Assembly: GCA_964483315.1 (NCBI GenBank)
Contig: CAZAAL010000002.1
Span: 72,689-136,688 of the forward strand
DNA length: 64,000 nucleotides
Reading direction: 5' to 3'
Source of the DNA: an uncultured Candidatus Saccharibacteria bacterium
GTDB lineage: Bacteria; Patescibacteriota; Saccharimonadia; Saccharimonadales; UBA10212
Below are positions 29,449-38,943 of the stretch, one piece after another. The notes below the pieces were generated by a model that was not told the DNA's origin, did no database searches, and worked only from the letters and a program-made list of their open reading frames with translations. Numbering within the stretch: position 1 is the first letter of the stretch; each line of letters begins with the position of its first letter. The translations under genes and the position numbers were made by a program.

Positions 29449-30209
29449 TGGCAAAGGTTGTAAGAAAAGCCGATCAGTACAACGATCCAAAGCACAATTA
29501 TAAAAAATACTGGGATGGACGCGAATACGAACATGCAGCCGAAGAGCTGGCGATTAAGCGACTGTTACGCGGTAAGCATTTTAAGCAAGCAGTAGACGTT
29601 GGTGGTGGCTATGGTCGCCTTAGTAAATTTTTAGTCAATTTTGCCGACAAGGTCATACTCGCCGAGCCCAGCCAGCAACAACTTGATATTGCTAAAGACT
29701 TTTTGAAAGATACGCCTGAAGTTGAGCAAAAGTTATTACAAGCTAGCGATTTAAAACTAAAGGATCAAAGCGTTGATTTGGTAATGATCGTTCGAGTTTT
29801 GCATCATATTCCAGACCCAAGCCCAGAGTTTGAAGAAATATCAAGAATTTTAGAGCCAGGCGGGACTTTCTTGTTAGAGTTTGCTAATAACGCTCATGGA
29901 CTAAACCGTATTAGGTATGCTGTAAAAGGCAAAAAAGTGCCATCCGATCCAGTTGACATCCGTAGCGAGGAACACAAAAAAGAGTCTGAGATTCCGTTTG
30001 TGAATCATCACCCCAAAACAATTATCAAAAAACTAGATTCTGCAGGTTTTGAGCTTGAGGCAGTATTGAGTGGCTCCAATCTACGCTCAACCCGATTAAA
30101 GAAGATGCTTTCAAAAAATACCATGCTATATCTTGAAAAGGTTTTGCAACCCGCTCTTGCACCACTTTATTTTGGCCCAAGTGTTTGGCTAAGGCTAAAA
30201 AAGAAGTAA
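29448..30209 (+). CDS. Class I SAM-dependent methyltransferase
   Basis: Motif I VDVGGGYGRLS. Post-I/II motifs DLVMIVRVLHHIPDP and LEPGGTFLLE. Start overlaps the tyrS stop (TAATG). Confidence 0.75.
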   Translation: MAKVVRKADQYNDPKHNYKKYWDGREYEHAAEELAIKRLLRGKHFKQAVDVGGGYGRLSKFLVNFADKVILAEPSQQQLDIAKDFLKDTPEVEQKLLQASDLKLKDQSVDLVMIVRVLHHIPDPSPEFEEISRILEPGGTFLLEFANNAHGLNRIRYAVKGKKVPSDPVDIRSEEHKKESEIPFVNHHPKTIIKKLDSAGFELEAVLSGSNLRSTRLKKMLSKNTMLYLEKVLQPALAPLYFGPSVWLRLKKK

Positions 30210-30227
30210 ATTGCTAAACTAGACTAA

Positions 30228-32264
30228 GTGAAGCTATCAGACTCTGTATCAGAAATTAAAGGGGTTGGGGTTGAACTTGCCAAAAAACTTGAGCAGGTTG
30301 GTGTTAAGAATGTCGCAGACCTAGTTGACTACTTACCAAGACGTTACGAGGACTATTCAAATTTAGTTCCCATAGCAAAATTAGCCCCTGGCCAAGTAAG
30401 TATCCAAGCCAAAATCGAACATGCAGTTGGGCGGTATGTCAGGCGGGGTATGCATATTACCGAGGCAATCGCTAGCGATGAAAGTGGTAGCTTAAGGCTA
30501 GTGTGGTTTAACCAGCCTTACCGCGCAAATGCATTAAAAAGTGGTCAACAATACTTTATATCTGGAGACTATGCATTAAGACGAGGACGCTTTAGCCTTG
30601 TAAATCCAAGTGTCGAGCTAGCAAGCGATTTTCCGGTGAATACAGCCAGAATAGTCCCAGTTTACAGGCAAACAAGTGGTTTGAATTCTTTTCAACTCAG
30701 GAAAGCACTCCGCGAGGTCTTAACGGCTATTGATAAATTGGGCGAGACTTTACCCAGCTTAGTAATAAAATCAAATTCACTTATCAGCTATGATCAAGCA
30801 GTTCGCGAAATGCACTTTCCGTCATCTGTTGAAAGTTTAAATCAAGCTAAAAAACGACTTGGGTTTGAGGAGGTTTTTCAGCTTACACTAGCCAGTTTGC
30901 TCAATAAATACGAACTCTATCAAGATAAGGCAGTAGCAGTGCCGTTTAATGTTGAGCTTGCTCGGCAGTTTGTAGCACACTTGCCATATAAACTTACTGA
31001 TGCGCAGCGCAAAGTAATTTGGCAAATCTATCAAGATATGGCTAAGACCCAACCAATGAATCGACTTGTTGAAGGCGATGTTGGCTCTGGTAAAACAGTT
31101 GTAGCAGTAATGGCAAGCTTAATGGCTATTGAACAGGGTTATCAAGTTGCCCTAATGGCTCCCACCGAGATACTTGCTAATCAACATGCCGATTCTATCC
31201 AAAAGATGCTTGACAGTGTTGGTTTTGGCGACAAAGTTGGACTTTTAACAAGCTCCGTAAAAAAGCCTTCCAAAGAGCTTCTTAAAAAGCAGATAAAAGC
31301 CGGCGAAGTTAAATTTGTTGTGGGAACACATGCACTAATACAAGAAGATATAAAAATGGATAATCTTGGTTTAGTGATTGTTGATGAACAACATCGCTTT
31401 GGTGTCGAGCAACGTAAAGCCCTACAAAAAAAGGCTGGATTTATGCCCCATGTATTACACATGACAGCTACGCCAATACCCCGGAGCCTAGCATTAACCT
31501 TGTATGGTGAGCTTGATATATCGTTAATTGATGCAATGCCTGAGTCACGTGCCCAGGTTGCAACCAAGCTATGTTCGCCCAACTCGAGAAAGCAAGTTTA
31601 CGATCAAATCAATAAAAGGCTTGATAATGGCGAACAGCTATTTGTGGTGTGCCCCTTGATTGTCGCCAGCGAGAAGGTTCCATCTTATTCAGCCGAACAA
31701 GTTTACAAACAACTTTCCGAGCACGAGTTCAAAAGTCGCAAAATTGGTTTAATGCACGGCAAGCTTCCTGCCGAACAAAAGCAAAAAGTTATGGCCGATT
31801 TTGTAGATGGCAAACTAGACATTTTAGTTTCCACCACAGTTATTGAGGTAGGTGTTCATGTACCTGGTGCTACTATGATTTTAATCGAAGGAGCTGAAAG
31901 GTTTGGCCTTGCCCAAATCCACCAGCTTCGGGGCAGAGTTGGCCGTGAGGGCAAAGAGGGATTTTGTTATCTTATGCCGTCTGATTCAAAACAACCAACT
32001 GATAGATTGCGAGCACTACAAACTACATCGGATGGTTTCAAGCTAGCCGAACTTGATTTAGAGTTAAGAGGACCAGGTGCAATTTATGGCCAAGCACAAA
32101 GTGGTCTGCTTGACCTAAGAGTAGCAAGTTTAACGGATGTAAAACTAATATCAGAAGCTCGAAAATCGGCACAAGAATTTATTGATTCAAAAGAAAGCCT
32201 AAAAAAATATGCAAGTTTATATAAAAAAGTTTCTGAATTAAGAAAGATAACTAGTTTAAACTAG
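30228..32264 (+). CDS. recG: ATP-dependent DNA helicase RecG
   Basis: Wedge-domain N-terminus. Helicase motifs GDVGSGKT, DEQHRFG, TATPIPR, QLRGRVGR. GTG start 7 nt after TAAACT. Confidence 0.9.
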   Translation: MKLSDSVSEIKGVGVELAKKLEQVGVKNVADLVDYLPRRYEDYSNLVPIAKLAPGQVSIQAKIEHAVGRYVRRGMHITEAIASDESGSLRLVWFNQPYRANALKSGQQYFISGDYALRRGRFSLVNPSVELASDFPVNTARIVPVYRQTSGLNSFQLRKALREVLTAIDKLGETLPSLVIKSNSLISYDQAVREMHFPSSVESLNQAKKRLGFEEVFQLTLASLLNKYELYQDKAVAVPFNVELARQFVAHLPYKLTDAQRKVIWQIYQDMAKTQPMNRLVEGDVGSGKTVVAVMASLMAIEQGYQVALMAPTEILANQHADSIQKMLDSVGFGDKVGLLTSSVKKPSKELLKKQIKAGEVKFVVGTHALIQEDIKMDNLGLVIVDEQHRFGVEQRKALQKKAGFMPHVLHMTATPIPRSLALTLYGELDISLIDAMPESRAQVATKLCSPNSRKQVYDQINKRLDNGEQLFVVCPLIVASEKVPSYSAEQVYKQLSEHEFKSRKIGLMHGKLPAEQKQKVMADFVDGKLDILVSTTVIEVGVHVPGATMILIEGAERFGLAQIHQLRGRVGREGKEGFCYLMPSDSKQPTDRLRALQTTSDGFKLAELDLELRGPGAIYGQAQSGLLDLRVASLTDVKLISEARKSAQEFIDSKESLKKYASLYKKVSELRKITSLN

Positions 32265-32268
32265 AAGT

Positions 32269-32799
32269 ATGAGAATAATTGCTGGACAGCTTGCTAGTCG
32301 AACTTTTGATTCACCAAAAGGCCACAAAACGCACCCGATGAGTGATAAAATTCGTGGCGCACTTTTTAATGTACTTGGTGACATCGAGGGGCTTACTGTG
32401 TTTGATGCCTTTTCTGGCAGTGGTGCGCTTTGTTTTGAGGCGGTGAGCCGAGGTGCAAAATCAGCACTCGCGACAGATAACGATAAATCAGCTCACCAGA
32501 CAATTAAAAAAAATATCGAGACTCTTGGTCTTGAAAAACGCGTAAAAGCCGTTAGAGCCAATGCAAGTGGCTGGAGCGATAATAACCCCAAAGCCTTGTT
32601 TGATATTTTACTGCTTGATCCACCTTATGATGATTTGCAACTAACACTACTGCAAAAACTGACAAAACACGTTAAATACGGCGGTTTGTGTGTTTTATCG
32701 TTTCCTGGCAATCTTGAACCAGCAGACTTTAGTGGTCTGGAAAAAGTTGAGCAAAAAAACTACGGCGACAGCCAGCTAATCTTTTACCGAAAAACCTAA
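32269..32799 (+). CDS. rsmD: 16S rRNA (guanine966-N2)-methyltransferase RsmD
   Basis: MRIIAGQL...RGALFNVLG, DAFSGSGALCFEAVSRGA, LLDPPY. Confidence 0.85.
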   Translation: MRIIAGQLASRTFDSPKGHKTHPMSDKIRGALFNVLGDIEGLTVFDAFSGSGALCFEAVSRGAKSALATDNDKSAHQTIKKNIETLGLEKRVKAVRANASGWSDNNPKALFDILLLDPPYDDLQLTLLQKLTKHVKYGGLCVLSFPGNLEPADFSGLEKVEQKNYGDSQLIFYRKT

Positions 32800-33497
32800 G
32801 ATTTGGCGTTTTTGATTTCTTGGTATCTAACAGCAGGTGCGTATCCGTAAACTGTCGTAAAGACAAATGATACAACTTGACCAAGAACTGGGATAAAACC
32901 TACAATCCAACCTGCAACTTGGACTAAAAAGGATACTCCCATCAAACCCCAGATTGGCCCAGAGTAAACTTTAGATGCATCTTTAGATTGTCGCATTGCC
33001 TCAAAAACTTTTAGGTCTTTGTCGATCAAAAAGTAAACCGACAACCAGTATCTTTTTATCATAAACAACCCCGGTATTATAAATAAGATTAACCCAACGA
33101 TCACTATTAAGCCTACAATCAAGCAAAGTACAAAAACTCGTGGGAATAACTTAAAGGAATCTTTTATTGTTTGCTCAACACCTACTTTTTTACCCTGTGC
33201 GCCCGCCAGCTGTAAATAAAAAGTTGCTGGGAGCACAACTAATAAAAAGAATAGTATTGCCAGTAGCCCAAACACCAAAGTAAAGGTGTTAAGTACAACA
33301 TTATCGCCTGCGTCGCCTCTGATAAATGATGCTGAAATCATGAGCACCGCCAATAAGCCAAGTACAAATGCAGGCACAAACGCCACGCATATTAATGGGA
33401 CAATATTAAGCCATAAAGCTCTAAAGCTTGGCCCAAACAATGTAAACGCACTTGGTAGTTTTGGTGCTTCAGCAGTGTTGTCGGTACTGTTTGCCAT
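32796..33497 (-). CDS. Polytopic membrane protein, unknown function
   Basis: 5-6 hydrophobic helices. No catalytic motif recognised. Confidence 0.6.
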   Translation of the reverse strand: MANSTDNTAEAPKLPSAFTLFGPSFRALWLNIVPLICVAFVPAFVLGLLAVLMISASFIRGDAGDNVVLNTFTLVFGLLAILFFLLVVLPATFYLQLAGAQGKKVGVEQTIKDSFKLFPRVFVLCLIVGLIVIVGLILFIIPGLFMIKRYWLSVYFLIDKDLKVFEAMRQSKDASKVYSGPIWGLMGVSFLVQVAGWIVGFIPVLGQVVSFVFTTVYGYAPAVRYQEIKNAKS

Positions 33498-33630
33498 TAA
33501 TTAACTCCATTGTTACTTACTGTATTTAATCACTGTATTATTACAAACTCAATATGGATAGCTCTTACATCAAGTATACCTAGCAATTTATAGGCATTAC
33601 TTAAGATTATGCAACTTTAAACTAAACAGT

Positions 33631-34071
33631 TTATGTGCTCTTAAGACTTACAAACCCTCTACTTGTAACAAACGTGTTAGGCATAACTGGAGCGTTGTCA
33701 GCGGTCATTTCATCGATACCCTGATCTTGCATAAAAACTGTACCGATTTTTTTGACAGCTTCTTCTAATGTAAGCCCTTCTTCAACCATCACTCTACCAA
33801 TAATCTCTTCACTTTCAAGGTCTAGCATTAACCCCATTTTTTGCCCTGGATAACCAAAACCCGATCTACCTTGTCGTTCGGGTAAATCCTTAAGTTCATC
33901 AAGTCTTAATCGTTTGTAATCATCGGCTAAGTCAGTATCATACCAAGCTATCCCAGCCATCAACACATCATGCTCTGTTGTTTTTTTGTGTGATGCAATA
34001 ACGCCTAAGTTGGCAATAAATTCTTGGCTAATCGGGAACATTATTCCCTCGGGTTCAGCTAATTGGTCCAT
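33631..34071 (-). CDS. Hypothetical protein (146 aa)
   Basis: SD AGGAG 8 nt upstream of the ATG. Its upstream region runs straight into the GC-rich block. Confidence 0.55.
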   Translation of the reverse strand: MDQLAEPEGIMFPISQEFIANLGVIASHKKTTEHDVLMAGIAWYDTDLADDYKRLRLDELKDLPERQGRSGFGYPGQKMGLMLDLESEEIIGRVMVEEGLTLEEAVKKIGTVFMQDQGIDEMTADNAPVMPNTFVTSRGFVSLKST

Positions 34072-34090
34072 CTAAAAACTCCTGTTTAAT

Positions 34091-34462
34091 TTGGTGGAGG
34101 AAAACGGGGCACGTTTGAACCGGGTGTCCGAGCTCGTGGCCCAGCTCCACAACAGGGGTGCTAGGAAGGCCTCCCCACCCGCCAAGCCCCGGGCCGGGGA
34201 CATCAAGGTGGCTGTGGTGCAGACATTGGAGCTGTCAGCCGAGCCGATGAGCCTCCGAGATGTCCACGTGGCCTGCGAAACGCTACTGGGGCGGCAAGTG
34301 CCGTACAACACGGTCAAGGACTGTGTTCATAAGCACTCTAGAGGCAAGGCACCGATCTTCAAGCGGGTTTGCAGAGGTTTGTATCAGGCTGATGCTGACA
34401 AACCTTCGACAGCCCTACTGCTTCAGAGGAGACGGCATCCAGGGTCAGGTGGCAACACCTAA
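34091..34462 (+). CDS. Hypothetical protein in the GC-rich block (possibly 5'-truncated; winged-helix-like C-terminus)
   Basis: TTG start right at the composition junction. The ORF is followed by two hairpins: GGCAACACC/GGTGTTGCC and CCAGG/CCTGG. Confidence 0.35.
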   Translation: MVEENGARLNRVSELVAQLHNRGARKASPPAKPRAGDIKVAVVQTLELSAEPMSLRDVHVACETLLGRQVPYNTVKDCVHKHSRGKAPIFKRVCRGLYQADADKPSTALLLQRRRHPGSGGNT

Positions 34463-34551
34463 GAATACGAACTTGTTCATATACTCAGGTGTTGCCCCAG
34501 GATTAACGCACCTGGGTGTTACAGACCTTGCGGTCTTGCGGCCCGTTAGGG

Positions 34552-34953
34552 CTATTCCTCTTCTTCTCCGGCCATCTCTTCACTGGCGAAGTACCCCATC
34601 TCACCAAGATGCAGTGAAACAGAGAACGACACAACAGTGAGCTTCTCAGGACGTCGGCTGAACCGGATCGTCTCTTCGATTGCCGTAGCAATCGCTTCGG
34701 CCAGTTCGTCCGACTGCTTGACACGCTCCTCGTCGGCGTGAGCCAGGATGATCACCTGAATGTCGTGGATCAAACTGTCCCACTTGCGTGCCTGAAGGAA
34801 CATGAACGAGAAGTCGTTCTGCGTCAGAGGGCGATGTTCCACACTCAGAAAGACCGCGAGTGGTCCCCTCAGACGCTTGCGAAGGCTGCCGAGGAAGAAG
34901 CCACCGTCAAGCTTTGCAACCTCTTTGGTGTGCTGCACGATGACGTGTGGCAT
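34552..34953 (-). CDS. Tautomerase-superfamily protein, 5-carboxymethyl-2-hydroxymuconate isomerase-like (tentative)
   Basis: N-terminus MPHVIVQHT resembles CHMI MPHFIVECS (catalytic Pro1). ~130 aa. A 1-nt overlap couples it to the upstream ORF. Confidence 0.4.
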   Translation of the reverse strand: MPHVIVQHTKEVAKLDGGFFLGSLRKRLRGPLAVFLSVEHRPLTQNDFSFMFLQARKWDSLIHDIQVIILAHADEERVKQSDELAEAIATAIEETIRFSRRPEKLTVVSFSVSLHLGEMGYFASEEMAGEEEE

Positions 34954-35447
34954 CAGATACCACCGCGACCATGCTCCAGCACAGCGAGCATTGCTCGGAT
35001 GCGGCGATCTGTGAGATCGTCCTCGGGCCCGCTGTCGACGAGGATGGCATGGCCATCCGGGAAAAGGAGTCCGAAGACTTCTCCGCCTGGATCGCGGTCG
35101 TAGCGCTTCCGCTCGAGAACGACGGCTTCGAACATCTTGCAGTGAGGTCTCTCGCGGAACGAATCACCTACCTCGCCGATGCCCATATCGCCGGTCTCCC
35201 AGTCGTCGATGGTGGTAACACCACCCTCGACGTTGAAGAGCCGGAGCATGCACCAGAGAGGTTTCTCGCCCTCATCAGGCTCCTCACCAGTGAGGATGAG
35301 CAGCTGGCCAGACTTGATCGAGCTGTACTCGCCGTCGAACCTGCAGAGGTCGTTGTTCATCTGGAGGGCGAGTCTAATCTCGGCCTCAGTCAGATGCATG
35401 TTCCCTGCCAGTTCCGCGGGATGATACTGAGCAGTGCCCACAGCCAC
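34953..35447 (-). CDS. Hypothetical protein in the GC-rich block (164 aa; alternative GTG start at 35441)
   Basis: GTG start(s) preceded by GGAAGGAG. Coupled to the downstream tautomerase-like gene. Confidence 0.5.
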   Translation of the reverse strand: MAVGTAQYHPAELAGNMHLTEAEIRLALQMNNDLCRFDGEYSSIKSGQLLILTGEEPDEGEKPLWCMLRLFNVEGGVTTIDDWETGDMGIGEVGDSFRERPHCKMFEAVVLERKRYDRDPGGEVFGLLFPDGHAILVDSGPEDDLTDRRIRAMLAVLEHGRGGI

Positions 35448-35618
35448 TCCTTCCAGCGATCTTGACTAGAAATAAAAAGGACGTTCGGAAAGCCTCTGGC
35501 TCTCCCAGAGGCCCTCAACAAACAGGCTTACTTTATCATAATTTGTCTGTTTAGACAACCGTTGTTACTTCATCAACGCAACAAAACGAACATTGAATCA
35601 TCGACCTTTTAATAACAG

Positions 35619-35648
35619 ATAGAAAATGCTTATCCGGTGGATAAGCAT
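35619..35648 (-). terminator. Hairpin terminator downstream of tRNA-Leu
   Basis: ATGCTTATCC-GGT-GGATAAGCAT (35626-35648), followed on the minus strand by TTTCT. Confidence 0.5.
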
Positions 35649-35656
35649 AAGCTATA

Positions 35657-35741
35657 TGGTGGGCGAGAAAGGACTTGAACCTTCACGTCTTGCGACACTA
35701 GTTCCTAAGACTAGCGTGTCTACCAATTCCACCACTCGCCC
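35657..35741 (-). tRNA. tRNA-Leu (anticodon UAG), type II with long variable arm, CCA encoded
   Basis: Folded by hand. Acceptor GGGCGAG/CTCGCCC. D stem GTG/CAC. Anticodon stem CTAGT/ACTAG with loop CTTAGGA. Variable arm GTC-GCAA-GAC. T arm GAAGG-TTCAAGT-CCTTT. Discriminator A then CCA. Confidence 0.9.
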
Positions 35742-35831
35742 AAGATTTTTACAGATGTAAATTATATACACATTTTAGCATTTTAACCATACTTTTTTAC
35801 TAAGTAAGCTTTTGCTCTATAATTACCCTTA

Positions 35832-37157
35832 ATGAAACTACCTACCCAACCATATAAAGGCGCGCGCGATTTTTATCCAGAGGATAAGCGTCTTCAAAAG
35901 TATGTTTTTAGCGTGCTAAGAAAAGTAGTTGAGGGCTATGGCTACCAAGAATATGACGCACCAATAGTTGAGCCAGTTGAATTATATCTTTCTAAAACCA
36001 GTGATGAAATTGTCAACGAACAAACCTACTCTTTTAAGGATCGCGGTGACCGAAATGTTACCCTCAGGCCAGAAATGACTCCATCGGTTAGCCGTATGGT
36101 GGCTGGTAGACGACAGGAACTTGTATATCCGCTTCGTTGGTATTCTATCCCTAATTTGTGGCGGTATGAACGCCCACAAAAAGGCAGACTACGTGAGCAC
36201 TATCAGTTAAATGTTGATTTATTTGGTGTCGGCTCAATAGAGGGCGATCACGAGGTTATTAGTATTGCTGATTCGATTATGCAGGCATTTGGCGCAAAGC
36301 GTACATCCTACACAATTAGGCTAAACAGCCGAAAACTCATGAATCATATTTGGCACGATTTCTTTAAGCTTGATACGACACAAAGTGCCACACTCATAAA
36401 GCTAATCGATAAAAAGGCAAAACTGCCGGAGGCCGAGTTTATTACTATGGTTGATGCAATCTTATCGCCTGCCGAACGTGGCGACGACAAGTTACTAGAC
36501 GCAATCCTAGATATCTTAAAAGTTAAAAGTTTAGCCGAACTCCCAACAGAGGTTCAAAATCACCCTAGTGCCAAAGAACTAACAAAAATAAATGAGCTTC
36601 TTTTAGACAGTGGTATATCTAACGCACATTTTGATATAACCCTAATGCGGGGTTTTGACTACTATACAGACATTGTTTTTGAGGTGTTTGACACGCACCC
36701 TGACAACAACCGTTCAATGTTTGGTGGCGGTCGATACGACGGCTTAGTAGCCCAATTTGGTGTTGAGCCTTTACCTACAGTCGGTTTTGGCATGGGTGAT
36801 GTCACGCTTATAAACTTTTTAGAATCGCATAGTTTATTACCTGTTTTAAGGCCTGAAACAGATGTAGTGGTTATCTTGATTGGCGATGTATATTCAGATG
36901 CTCAAAAAGTTTTAACCGAGCTCCGTCAGGAGCATGTACGGGTAGCGGTTGATTTAACTGATAAAAAGCTCGATAAAAAAATTACCTCAACAGCAAAAGC
37001 TGGGGTGAGGTACGTGCTCTTTATTGGCAAAGACGAGCTAAGCTCAGGCCAATTTAAACTAAAAGATTTACTTAAAAAAACAGAGGAAGAACACAGCCTA
37101 GAACGCATCATCAGCATTTTAGCTGGCAACCACCAAATTAAAGAAAACGAGATTTAA
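35832..37157 (+). CDS. hisS: Histidyl-tRNA synthetase
   Basis: KGARDFYPED, LRPEMTPSVSR, RYERPQKGRLREHYQ, MRGFDYYT, GGGRYDGL. Confidence 0.9.
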   Translation: MKLPTQPYKGARDFYPEDKRLQKYVFSVLRKVVEGYGYQEYDAPIVEPVELYLSKTSDEIVNEQTYSFKDRGDRNVTLRPEMTPSVSRMVAGRRQELVYPLRWYSIPNLWRYERPQKGRLREHYQLNVDLFGVGSIEGDHEVISIADSIMQAFGAKRTSYTIRLNSRKLMNHIWHDFFKLDTTQSATLIKLIDKKAKLPEAEFITMVDAILSPAERGDDKLLDAILDILKVKSLAELPTEVQNHPSAKELTKINELLLDSGISNAHFDITLMRGFDYYTDIVFEVFDTHPDNNRSMFGGGRYDGLVAQFGVEPLPTVGFGMGDVTLINFLESHSLLPVLRPETDVVVILIGDVYSDAQKVLTELRQEHVRVAVDLTDKKLDKKITSTAKAGVRYVLFIGKDELSSGQFKLKDLLKKTEEEHSLERIISILAGNHQIKENEI

Positions 37158-37194
37158 GTTTTAAAATTAGCTTTCATCTGTATAATTGCTATAC

Positions 37195-38472
37195 GTGAAA
37201 GTAAGTAAAACCGAGTTATCAGAAACAAAAGTAAAGTTGGTGATTTCTGCTGAAACCGCTGACCTTGCTCCTATTAAGAATAAAGTACTAAAGCACTTAG
37301 CAAAGCATACTAAGGTGGCTGGATTCCGCGAAGGCAAGGCACCCCTAAGTGTGGTAGAAAAGCACGCCGATCAAAACAGACTCCAAACAGAGTTTTTGGA
37401 TGAGTCGATCAATCACCTTTATGTTGAAACTATTAAAGAACAAGATTTGCGCCCCATTGATCATCCGCAAATCGAACTTAAGAAGTTTGTTCCTTATAAC
37501 GAGATTGAATTCAGTGCCGAGGTTGAGGTAGTTGGCAAGATTACACTACCCGATTACACCAAAATCAAAGTTCCCCTAATGCCAAAGGCAGTTGGCGAAA
37601 ATGAAATAAACGAAGTGCTAAATCGACTCAGCATCCAATCTGCTAAAAAAACCGAAGTTAAACGGCCAGCCAAAGAAACCGATGAGGCCTGGATTGATTT
37701 TTCTGGTAAAGATAAAGATGGCAAGCCAGTATCGGGGGCCGATGGTAAAGACTATCCACTCGTGCTTGGCAGTAATACATTTATACCCGGATTTGAAGAA
37801 AATTTAGTAGGCCTAAAAACCGGAGACGAAAAATCATTTGATGTAACTTTCCCTAAAGATTATGGTGTAAGCACTCTACAATCTAAAAAAGTTACCTTTA
37901 CAGTTAAAATAAACAAAATCAACCAGGTTGATAAACCAAAAATAGATCAGAATTTCGCAGAAAGTATTGGCCCGTTTAAGTCGGTAGATGAACTAAAGGA
38001 TGATATCCGTAAAAACATCCTAGCCGAGCGGTCAAATCAGGCCCGTCGTGAACAAGAAAACACAATAGTTCAAAAAATTGCCGAAAAAACTACAGTTACG
38101 ATTCCGGATGTCATGATAGAGGAGCAAATTACGGCTTTTGAGGATGAAGAAAAACGTAACCTAGCCTATCGTGGACAAACCTGGCAAGAACATTTAGACG
38201 AAGAAGGCATAACCGAACAAGAACACCGCGAACGCAAACGAGAATCAGCCATAAATCGCGTCAAAGGTGGCTTGATACTAAGCGAGGTTGCTAAAAAAGA
38301 GGGTATTTCAGTAACACCCGAGGAGTTAGAGATCCGCATCCAAATTTTAAAAGGCCAATATCAAGACCCAGCAATGCAAGCCGAGTTAAATAAACTAGAA
38401 AACCGCCGTGATATCGAAGCCCAAATCCTAACCGAAAAGACACTTTCAAAACTTGTAGAATATTCAAGTTAA
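37195..38472 (+). CDS. tig: Trigger factor
   Basis: VKVSKTELSETKVKL start. Ribosome-binding signature GFREGKAP. FKBP-like middle domain. GTG 8 nt after TATAAT (37181-37186); the track start at 37186 (TTG) lies inside the -10 box. Confidence 0.85.
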   Translation: MKVSKTELSETKVKLVISAETADLAPIKNKVLKHLAKHTKVAGFREGKAPLSVVEKHADQNRLQTEFLDESINHLYVETIKEQDLRPIDHPQIELKKFVPYNEIEFSAEVEVVGKITLPDYTKIKVPLMPKAVGENEINEVLNRLSIQSAKKTEVKRPAKETDEAWIDFSGKDKDGKPVSGADGKDYPLVLGSNTFIPGFEENLVGLKTGDEKSFDVTFPKDYGVSTLQSKKVTFTVKINKINQVDKPKIDQNFAESIGPFKSVDELKDDIRKNILAERSNQARREQENTIVQKIAEKTTVTIPDVMIEEQITAFEDEEKRNLAYRGQTWQEHLDEEGITEQEHRERKRESAINRVKGGLILSEVAKKEGISVTPEELEIRIQILKGQYQDPAMQAELNKLENRRDIEAQILTEKTLSKLVEYSS

Positions 38473-38473
38473 A

Positions 38474-38920
38474 ATGAAGGTTTACTTTGCCGGTTCGATA
38501 AGGGGTGGTAGAAACGATCAACCAATTTATAACGAACTCATTGAGCATATTAAAAGTCGTGGAGTTGATGTGCTTTGCGAACACGTCGGGTACAAAGAAT
38601 TAACCGATCAAGGTCAAAACCAAGATCCAAAATTCATTCATGACAGAGATATAGGCTGGATCGACGAAGTATCTGCCGTAATCGCAAAGGTTACAAACCC
38701 AAGTCTCGGCGTAGGTTACGAAATTAGGTATGCAATTGATGGCTATAAACCAGTGCTAGCTTTATTTGCTGGCCAATCCGATAAAAAGTTATCAGCAATG
38801 ATAGAAGGCTCGAGAGCACAGGTTTTCGAGTATGAAAGAACTGCTGGGGGATTAGTTCTTGCTAAAACCGCCATTACCGAATTTTTACACAACTGTGAAT
38901 ACAAAGATTTGAGAAATTAG
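38474..38920 (+). CDS. 2'-deoxynucleoside 5'-phosphate N-hydrolase (DNPH1/Rcl-like, nucleoside 2-deoxyribosyltransferase fold)
   Basis: MKVYFAGSIRGGRNDQPIYNELIEHIKSRG...LCEHV parallels DNPH1 YFCGSIRGGREDRTLY...LTEHV. Confidence 0.7.
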   Translation: MKVYFAGSIRGGRNDQPIYNELIEHIKSRGVDVLCEHVGYKELTDQGQNQDPKFIHDRDIGWIDEVSAVIAKVTNPSLGVGYEIRYAIDGYKPVLALFAGQSDKKLSAMIEGSRAQVFEYERTAGGLVLAKTAITEFLHNCEYKDLRN

Positions 38921-38943
38921 CACTCTAGCTTGACGAGTGCCAA
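38917..38943. promoter_or_regulatory. CIRCE-type inverted repeat (HrcA operator) overlapping the clpP promoter
   Basis: TTAGCACTC-N9-GAGTGCCAA. TTGACG (38930-38935) plus an 18-bp spacer plus TAAAAT (38954-38959). ATG 6 nt later. The left arm overlaps the stop codon of the upstream gene. Confidence 0.75.

Larger units (their letters stand above)
34090..35515. other. Compositionally foreign high-GC block (~1.4 kb) adjacent to tRNA-Leu
   Basis: Sampled 60-mers give roughly 52-65% GC, against ~40% in the flanks. The transition is abrupt near 34090 and 35515. Many overlapping shadow ORFs on both strands, as is typical of high-GC DNA. Confidence 0.7.

Noticed and set aside
34089-34120. Possible att-type direct repeat of the tRNA-Leu 3' end at the far edge of the GC-rich block (TGGTGGAGGAAAACGGGGCACGTTTGAACC versus TGGTGGGCGAGAAAGGACTTGAACC at 35657-35681)
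   Set aside because: Only the ends (TGGTGG and TTGAACC) match well and the middle needs indels. The segment does not fold as a tRNA T-arm/acceptor remnant and could be chance. It is worth re-checking by alignment but is not claimable.
34947-35465. 172-aa plus-strand ORF, plus several others (34072-34317, 34260-34640, 34738-35103, 34907-35167, 35179-35424), overlapping the minus-strand gene pair in the GC-rich block
   Set aside because: High-GC DNA produces long stop-free shadow frames. The minus-strand pair has start/SD signals and a 1-nt coupled overlap, and one member has a recognisable N-terminal motif. The overlapping frames have none of these.
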